A DNA stretch of 64,000 bases from Octopus vulgaris (Eukaryota). Numbering within the stretch: position 1 is the first letter of the stretch; the number at the start of each line of letters is the position of its first letter. The stretch spans positions 65,906,001 through 65,970,000 of the forward strand of contig OX597824.1 of NCBI GenBank assembly GCA_951406725.2. The letters run 5' to 3'. Under the pieces are notes generated by a model. The model saw only the letters and a list, made by a program, of their open reading frames with translations. It searched no databases and was not told where the DNA came from. This document shows, piece after piece, positions 56,042 through 64,000 of this stretch. The position numbers and the translations under genes were made by a program.

Positions 56042-56177
56042 TGCTTACACATCTAGTTGCTGTATATGGAAACAGCTATTGGATGTTGATGTCACAGATG
56101 CTCTGACCTATAACTTCACTGATTCCAAAGGCAGCAACAGGTTGTTTAAAACTTTGCGGATAGATTCCAGAAAAATT
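56042..56177 (+). CDS. AFTPH: Aftiphilin coding exon 3 (136 nt, phase 2 to 0)
   Basis: Acceptor ttttctttcag and donor gtgagt; (S)AYTSSCCIWKQLLDVDVTDALTYNFTDSKGSNRLFKTLRIDSRKI aligns with the conserved aftiphilin W..L.D....L.Y....S.....L..L.ID.R.I block. Confidence 0.88.
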
Positions 56178-57084
56178 GTGAGTAAGATTTTGTCTTAGGT
56201 CGTTTCCACTCAAAACTGTAAACTGTTTTACTGTTTTTACCCCCCCCCACTGTTAAATGATTAAAAACTTTGGTATGCATCCATCCTCTTAAGTGTCTCA
56301 CCTTCAGCAAATGCTCTTTACAGTAGCTTGCAGTTGACCAATACATTGTAGGTGAAATTTAATAAACAAAAAGTATGTACAGATTGGTCATATGTATATG
56401 TGTACCCGTGTATGTCTATGTAAAATTGGAGTGTCAAATGAAAGTTCCTTGTGGTTTTTTATAGTTATAATTGAGTTATGCCCCTTTATGCCAATAATCT
56501 AAACTTAGTTATTCAATACATAGAGATCAATAAAATAAATACCAAACTTAATACTGGTGTGAATATTATTATCATCATCATCATCATACATCTGTTTTCC
56601 ATGCTGGCATGTTGGATAGTTTGGCAGGAGCTGATGAGCTGCCTGGACTCCATGTCTGTTTTGGCATGGGTTTTATGGTTCAATGCTCTTCCTAATGCCA
56701 ATCACTTTACAGAGTGTACTCGGTGCTGTCATGGGTGCTTTTATGCGGCACCAGTGCAAATGCTTTTTATGTGGCACCAGCACCCATGAGCCTGCAAGAT
56801 TAGGATCACTCAGCTGAAGAGAGGTGCAGGAGAGATGCCTGTATTCAAAATAATTAAGAACCTTGAAGGCAGTACCCCATAACTGCAGTCTAATGCCTGA
56901 AGCTAGTAAGAGAAAACTCATACATACCATGCCATTGTTGGTGGGATAGTTTTGTAAATTTAAATATTGTTAGTAGTAGGAAAACTGAAACTGAAACTAA
57001 GTTACTTCTACAACATATTTCTTGCATGTGTGTGTTATGGTTGATTATCATTGTTTGTTTGTTGTTATTTTCTTTCTTCTATAG

Positions 57085-57261
57085 TTGGTGACTCACAAGA
57101 AGCCAGGCGTTCCAATATTTGCAGCGAACTTAGGTTTATTGGAACCCAGCAAAGTAATTAGTGGTGAGCTTATGAAACCTTCATCCAATCTGGTGCCATC
57201 GTTGCCGCAGGAAACTCTCATAGATACCAACCGTACGGATCAGTGTGATTCCCTCAGACAG
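57085..57261 (+). CDS. AFTPH: Aftiphilin coding exon 4 (177 nt, phase 0 to 0); gene continues past the window
   Basis: Acceptor ttctttcttctatag and donor gtgagt; LVTHKKPGVPIFAANLGLLEPSK matches the aftiphilin VP.(Y/F)AA.LG.LEP.K motif. Confidence 0.9.
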
Positions 57262-57729
57262 GTGAGTTTAATCCTCAGTTAGTTTATTTCAGTTTTTGGC
57301 CAGTGGTAGCTGCACTTCATTGGCATGATTATTTGTCAGGTACATTTTGAGCTTGATACTCATGTGAGGTTGATTCTTTTTATTGTTATTCTTGCTTTGA
57401 GTCTAAAGACTGGCGCAACTACTTACTTTGGGATCTTTGGTTTCCACGCATATTATCTTTATTTCTGACACCTTATTGCTTTAATCTCATAAATCTTTTC
57501 TTTATCTTTTTCCTTTCAACTTCATACCTATGTTCTTACAAATATTGTTCTAATATATTAACTTATCTTTCAGGAACCCCCACCACCTTTTGTCATTTGT
57601 TAAATTTGTTTCAGTGTCTTCTATAATTTCAGGAAAGCCTTCATCAGCCTCTTTTTCTGAGATGAGTGTAAAGTTTTTATAAAGAATTCTTTTCAGTTTT
57701 GATTTTATTTTCTATTAAATTATTATTAT

Positions 57730-57765
<36 letters not shown>

Positions 57766-57797
57766 TTATATATATTCATACATACATACATACATAT

Positions 57798-57848
<51 letters not shown>

Positions 57849-58050
57849 GTGTATAAGAGGTATTGGTATCAAGAAGACCCAAAGGTGTTAGGTAATGCTG
57901 AGTAAGTGCTATGGACAGACTATAGTTAAGCTCCAGATTCGATGAGGAGTCTAACATACGTCGTGTATTAGCATGTAATTATATAAAAATTAACAGAATG
58001 AGATAAAAAAATCCAAGGCTGTGAATAGTTTTCAGAACCTTTATAAAGAG

Positions 58051-58098
58051 GTCTTACAGCTGTTTCTGGGATATTTTATATATCCCTTCATCAGAGAC
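58051..58098 (-). ncRNA. Type I hammerhead ribozyme motif (left arm of inverted repeat 58018-58229)
   Basis: Exact reverse complement of 58146-58193. Confidence 0.85.
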
Positions 58099-58145
58099 GG
58101 TGCAAGAAAATGTTGAAGTAATAGTTATAGAAATTTTCTCACACT

Positions 58146-58193
58146 GTCTCTGATGAAGGGATATATAAAATATCCCAGAAACAGCTGTAAGAC
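58146..58193 (+). ncRNA. Type I hammerhead ribozyme motif (right arm of inverted repeat 58018-58229)
   Basis: gtct-CTGATGA-a-gggatat-ataaa-atatccc-a-GAAA-cagctg-TA-agac; intact core and palindromic stem III; predicted cleavage after 58189. Confidence 0.85.
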
Positions 58194-58268
58194 CTTCTCT
58201 TTATAAATGTTCTGAAAACTATTCACAGCGTTGTATATATATCTATCTATATATATATATATATACAT

Positions 58269-58305
<37 letters not shown>

Positions 58306-58356
58306 CACATACATATATATGAATATATATATTATATGTATATCTATATCTATCTA

Positions 58357-58410
<54 letters not shown>

Positions 58411-58439
58411 AAAATAAGCAACAAGGATGTCCAGAGGTA

Positions 58440-58527
58440 ATGCAATACGATTGTTTCAAGCAACTCCATTTAATTGAACAATGCAATCATTACATTTATT
58501 TAAATGCAGAGCAATCCTCAGCTGCAT
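58440..58527 (-). ncRNA. Type I hammerhead ribozyme motif with extended stem II
   Basis: Minus strand reads atgcag-CTGAGGA-[ttgctctgcatttaa...ttaaatggagttgctt]-GAAA-caatcg-TA-ttgcat; the partner arm on + reads GAAA-cgattg-TA-ctgcat (58655-58672). Confidence 0.65.
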
Positions 58528-58845
58528 AAAGACATAGAATTTAATTAAATTAAAGCAAGTGGACACATTAGTACAATTTTGCCTAAAATCTCCAAGAAGG
58601 TAAGGAGATAGGCAAAGAACATGCTGCCTTCACTTCAATTAAATGGAGTTGCTTGAAACGATTGTACTGCATTACCTCTGGATATCCTTGTTGCTTATTT
58701 TGATTTTAATCACCTTATTATGAAATTGTATGGATAATACTGTACTAAATTCTGGTGCCTCAACTTAGGTACCATATTCATCTGAATTTAAATTTTTGCT
58801 GAACTTGTTTACCATATACACACACATATATATATACATACATAT

Positions 58846-58878
<33 letters not shown>

Positions 58879-58879
58879 G

Positions 58880-58966
<87 letters not shown>

Positions 58967-58980
58967 TATATACATATATA

Positions 58981-59178
58981 TATTATTTAATAAACACAGT
59001 TCATGTTATTATGTGTTGAGAAAATGCCAAACACTGTTTTATAACACTTCTGAAATTTCAGCACACGCATCAGGCACTACCTACATGTCAGATGTGTTAT
59101 AAAACAATGTTTGGCTTATTCTCAGCACATGAAACTAATAGTAGCACATAATAGCATTTATTGTGCTTATTAGATAAT
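58981..59178. repeat. Inverted repeat carrying two halves of a disrupted hammerhead
   Basis: Minus strand gtgc-CTGATGC-gtgtgctga (59077-59058); plus strand tcagcacat-GAAA-ctaatag-TA-gcac (59122-59147). Confidence 0.65.
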
Positions 59179-59246
59179 ATTTATGTCTCACCAGATGGAG
59201 TACTTTTTTTGATGATCTTACCATCACGCTCTCTCTCTCTCTCTCC

Positions 59247-59293
<47 letters not shown>

Positions 59294-60794
59294 ATGGATT
59301 AAATGTTTAAATACCTGAGATGTGTTATTAATATGATTTTAATTTTTTTTTTACTGTTAAGCTTGAGGATGTTTTAATATTTGACTTTTCATTATGTTTT
59401 GGTCAGTTTGATGTCTAATCAGCATCAAGTGTCTTATACCCAGATATGTACACAGTACCAAACAAGATTCTAACAAGGAACCTTTATTTCCAAACAAAGT
59501 AGATACTCAGATGATTGTAGCTCAAACCTATTGAAATTTAGTATACATAGAGGTAAAGATTAACAGATGTTTCATCAGTAGAAAAAAGAGTTCAGTAGTC
59601 TGGAGAAATTATAATCATACAACAAATGGATAGCTTATGTATAATCTGACTTGGGGCTGTACTTTATTTATAATTAAGGCACTTTAATTTGTGCTAATTT
59701 CACTAAGCTGTAAAAATATAGGTACCTTAGTAACATACAGTTTATCACTATAAGCAACTGCAGTTCTATATAATTACAGAATGTCTTTGTTAGCTTGAGT
59801 ACTGAGTTCAGATCCTACATAATTTGCAAAAAGGATGAGCTCTGACTGAGTTAATAATTCCTAATCATTTTGGGATTTTTCTCCTTTCAAAGCAAAAAAT
59901 AATCCCTAAAGTCCCTTTCCCTCTTACCAGCCTCTAATGACACATTTCATATGTTTAGTAAAAAATAAGTGCTTTCTTGTTTGATAGTTGGAAATACAGG
60001 CAAAATACTTTTTTGCTTTAATTATTTCTGAACTGCGTGATGGTGAAGTTTACATTGGATCTGCAGTAACTCAATTGACTATGGAACTAATTGGAAAACA
60101 AAAATAAAATAATAGACAAAGTTGGTTTATAAAATAAAGGTGGTTTACTGTTACTTATTTAATTGATTTTTGTGGGAAATGAGAAGTAAGTTTCAACACC
60201 AGAAGGATTTGAATGATCTTGTATTTCTCTATTCAAGTTCTGCTGAAGTTGACTTTGCTGTTTAACCACTATGGAACTAGGGAGTTGATAACGTAATTAC
60301 TTGTAGCATAATTAACTTCAGTAGCTATCCGTCTTCTCACTGATTTTTTATAAACCCTATCTGTTAATATATCATGTTGCTTAGCCCCAGGTTAGATTGA
60401 ACAGATTTAAGATGAAATATACTCCAGCCATAACCCACATACTTTACTTGTGGTTGTGTGGTAAGAAGCTTAATTTTTTTTTTTTTTTTTTTTACACATG
60501 GGTTAGAGTCATTGTGAGTAGGAGATTTCAAATTTGAATGTGGGTGTAATTTTGCCTGCGGAAGAGAAAAACTTTACCTCCAACTAAGAGGTTTTCCACC
60601 GCTGGTGTAGAGGCATCTTTGTTGACTCATCTACAAGTATTTTAAATATTAACTATAGTGGTTAGTTAGTAGTAACAATGAGTGGTAAATTGACATCTCT
60701 TAGATGTTTTTATGTTGTGAGTTCAAATTCCACTGTAGTCAACTGTGAATGTTAACTTTTTAGGTTTGACAGAACATGTAACTGGCAATATATC

Positions 60795-61162
60795 TTTTAC
60801 CTTGTTTTAGTCATTACACTGCGGCCATGCTGGGGTCCTGCTGGGGTCCTGAAGAATTTTTAGTTGAATGAATTGAACCCAGTACTTTTTCTAAAACCTG
60901 GTACTTATTTTATCAACCTCTTTGCTGAACTGCTAAGTTATGGAGATGTAAACACACCAACACTAGTTGTCAAGTGGTGGTGGAGGACAAACACACACAC
61001 ACACACAAGCTTTTTTCGGTTTCCATCTACCAAATCCACTCACAAGGCTTTGGTCAATCTGAGGCTACAGCAGAATACACTTGCCCAACGTGCTACATAG
61101 CGGGACTGAACCCAGAACCATGTTGTTGGGAAGCAAGCTTCTTACCACACAACCACACCTGC
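60795..61162 (-). mobile_element. tRNA-derived SINE family A
   Basis: Reverse complement of the family A consensus. Confidence 0.8.
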
Positions 61163-62281
61163 ACTTGGAGCTAATTTAAAGAAAGTGGGCCTTGTCCCTT
61201 CCCAGTAAAAAAAATGTAATTAGTATTTATGTAGTGGATAAGCTAAATATATTATTCATATATAATCAATTAATTCAGTTTTATTTTTCCAGTCTGTTTT
61301 TTTTTTTATATATTAATCGCGTCAAAAATTTCTTTTTTTTTTTATCTTGATGTGTTATTTTATGTATTTTTGTATGCTTATTATTGAATGTATGATTATA
61401 CAAGAGGATGTAAAACAAGTGTGTGTAGGTGGAGAGGGTATAAATTTGTGTTGCATACATATATGTACATGCACATACATGTACATAACACATGTGCATG
61501 TGCACACACACACATACAATTTTTATTGCATTTATTATTAATCTTTTATATCTGTATGTGAGATTAAAAAACATTTAATGCATATTTTTTCTATCACTTT
61601 CTCTCTCTTTCTTACCCACACATGCATACACACAAATACAATGTTGTGTTGATACTGTCACTTAGAAGAGAAACTCATTGTAGATAATTCCAAATAAATA
61701 TTACAGATGTTGATATTTTTTTGGATCTCTCTCTTCTTCCATCTCTCTCCCCTTCTGTGTACATACATACAATGCAAATAATGTATATAAAGAATCTCTG
61801 CAGTGTTGGTGATGATGATTATAATGAGTGTTGGTTGTGGAGCAGCAGCCCAGAAAACTACTGAGCAACTGGGTAATAAAGTAGTGGTAGATATGACTAC
61901 ATGAGCAAATGGGTAGGGTGAAATATGGTAGCAAGATAAGTGGAAAGCTGAATATCAGATATTCCTAAGCTGAGAAAGCAACATAGATTAGATGTTTCAG
62001 TTATGTTGTCTGCTGTAAGGGATGAAGGAGAGAGATATATTGATAATATTGATATAGTGATATCATTGGAGAGAAATTTTGTTTGAAATTATATCAGTAA
62101 TCAGTGCAGGAAGAGTATTTAAGAGTCAGTATTGAAAGATTTTAATCATCACAACCATCATCACCATCATTGTTTTAACAGCCACTGTTCCTTGTTTGCA
62201 TGGGTCAGATGGAAATTGTATGGTCAGATGGAAATTTTCTATGGCTGGATGCCCTTCCTGTTGCCAGCCCTTTGTTATATA

Positions 62282-62606
62282 TATTACTGATGAAGGTTAT
62301 CCCCCACTCCCATCAACAATCAATTTCCAGCTGGAAATTGATTGCTGATAGGAGTGGGGGATAACCCCCTACCTTTTACCCTTATGGCTGACAGATGGCA
62401 TAGCTGAAGGAGGACGACACAGCTGGAAGCCGATGACCAGCACCAAAAGGACATAACCCCTATTGTTTATATCTATTGTTACCCCCCCGCCATATTTTAA
62501 AGAGGCCATAGGCCAACAGGTCTTAGGGTTTGAAGATACACCATTAAGGTACCCTTTATGGTGAGAAACCTAGGGTAACCCTATAAATCTGCCTTCACCA
62601 GTAATA
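62282..62606. mobile_element. TIR-bounded element with a 72-bp palindrome and a hammerhead motif
   Basis: TIRs tattactgatgaagg / ccttcaccagtaata; palindrome 62295-62366; HHR motif 62524-62583. Confidence 0.6.
62524..62583 (+). ncRNA. Type I hammerhead ribozyme motif (U3 variant)
   Basis: tagggt-TTGAAGA-ta-caccat-taaggtacccttt-atggtg-a-GAAA-cctaggg-TA-acccta; 6-bp stem I. Confidence 0.65.
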
Positions 62607-62935
62607 AATATAGACTGCTCTACTTCTTAGAGTGTGCTTCTCTGGATTTATGTTTTTCTAACGAAAAATTATATATATATATAGTAATATGTAAAGGTAA
62701 GATCCAAGCATCAAGGTGTAGGAAGGAAGTTAGTAAGCTTTGAGCTGTGTATAGAAGGTATAGAAAACAACTTTCAGGAACAATAGTGGTTCATTGACAT
62801 AAAAGTTTATAAAACTTTCCCATATTGAAGTTCAATTAGCTGGAAAAAGTTATTTTATAGTTCACAGTTAGCAGCTGGGATTGCTGTGTATACAAATAAA
62901 CATCCAAATTTAGGGAAAGGCGTAGATAAAATCCA

Positions 62936-63019
62936 GGCTACATATGTTTCATAGCTAGTGAAACCTTGGAAGTAGTAATTATCCAAATGGGGGGTAATCC
63001 ACTAGCTACTCATCAAGCC
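62936..63019 (-). ncRNA. Type I hammerhead ribozyme motif (U3 variant, long stem II), left arm of inverted repeat 62897-63239
   Basis: Minus strand reads ggc-TTGATGA-gtagctagtgga...ttcactagctat-GAAA-catatg-TA-gcc. Confidence 0.7.
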
Positions 63020-63115
63020 AAAGATACCTAAGTCAAATGAAGGTTGCAAACCTCCTGCAAGTTAATATGGAATCCCTTGACAACAATGTAGCCTTCATTT
63101 GTCTAAGGTATCTTT

Positions 63116-63199
63116 GGCTTGACAAGAAGCTCGCGGATTACCCCTCATTTGGATAATTACTACTTCCGAGGTTCCACTACCTACGAAACACATGTAGCC
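63116..63199 (+). ncRNA. Type I hammerhead ribozyme motif, right arm of inverted repeat 62897-63239
   Basis: ggc-TTGACAA-gaagctcgcgga...ttccactacctac-GAAA-cacatg-TA-gcc. Confidence 0.6.
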
Positions 63200-64000
63200 T
63201 GAATTTTATTTACTCCTTTCTCTAAATTTGGATATTTATATATATATATATGAGTAAGTGGACAAACGAAAGAAAGAGCACTCTCCAAATATATTTGGTG
63301 GAATGCTATTTGTAGTTTGATTGATAGTAAGAATGTAGATTGATCCGTGTGTGCATGTGTGTGTACCATTTTCTCTAATTCATAAGATTCTGTTATCAGT
63401 TTGGAAATGTGGATCATTTAAAAAGTTTCTTTTGATTCATGCATGAAGTACTGTCTAAAGTTAGATTCAATATGTCTAATTTTATTACTTAACATTTCTT
63501 GTCTCATTTAGCTGCATGAAGTCTCATCTTGCTAACTTGTATGAAATTTATTGCTCTTTTTCAAGGATTTCTTTTTTGAGAAATATATTTCTATTATGAC
63601 ATATGTATATATGAAATCTGAAGTATTTCCATGGAAAACCCCCACCAACATATGACAGTACTCCAGCATGGCCATGTGTGATGCAGTTTTAATTTTAAGA
63701 AAGTATAAAAAAATTACCCAAACTATAGAATTTACAAAATGCTTTTTTTAAAATTTATTTTGTTATCTATTTATTTTTTTGCTTTTTATATAGATTTGTT
63801 TTCATTTTCTAGCAAATGCACTATGTTGATTTGGGAATCTCACCATGAACACAGCCCTCTTTCCTATCAGAATATTTGATTATATGTAAATGGATATAAG
63901 AAGCAAAACTGATGAAACATTCTTTTATTCCCATGATGTATCCTGCCTAACATTCCCTGACTAGTTCACAGTACTCAACACACTAGAACTTTCTCTCTTC

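Overview
AT-rich, microsatellite- and retroposon-dense eukaryotic DNA. The SINE and RTE repertoire looks like Octopus or another coleoid cephalopod; this is inferred from recognising the repeats, not from a search. The only host gene I can support is an aftiphilin (AFTPH) orthologue on the + strand: four phase-compatible coding exons at 35023-37032, 46619-46785, 56042-56177 and 57085-57261, with the 3' exons outside the window. The rest is tRNA-derived SINEs, RTE LINE 3' ends, Tc1 and mariner relics, hAT- and piggyBac-type MITEs, a Helitron end and Penelope-like element (PLE) relics. The most notable signal is a set of minimal type I hammerhead ribozyme (HHR) motifs from several sequence-unrelated families. 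They follow stem I-CUGANGA-stem II-GAAA-short palindromic stem III-UH-stem I' and are concentrated in the AFTPH intron after 57261. Most sit in inverted duplications inside or near (TA)n tracts with the same polarity (minus-strand copy left, plus-strand copy right), so the host pre-mRNA could fold each ribozyme back onto its own antisense copy. One HHR lies next to a PLE GIY-YIG fragment, which ties the motif to Penelope-like elements. All calls were made by eye; repeat boundaries are approximate.
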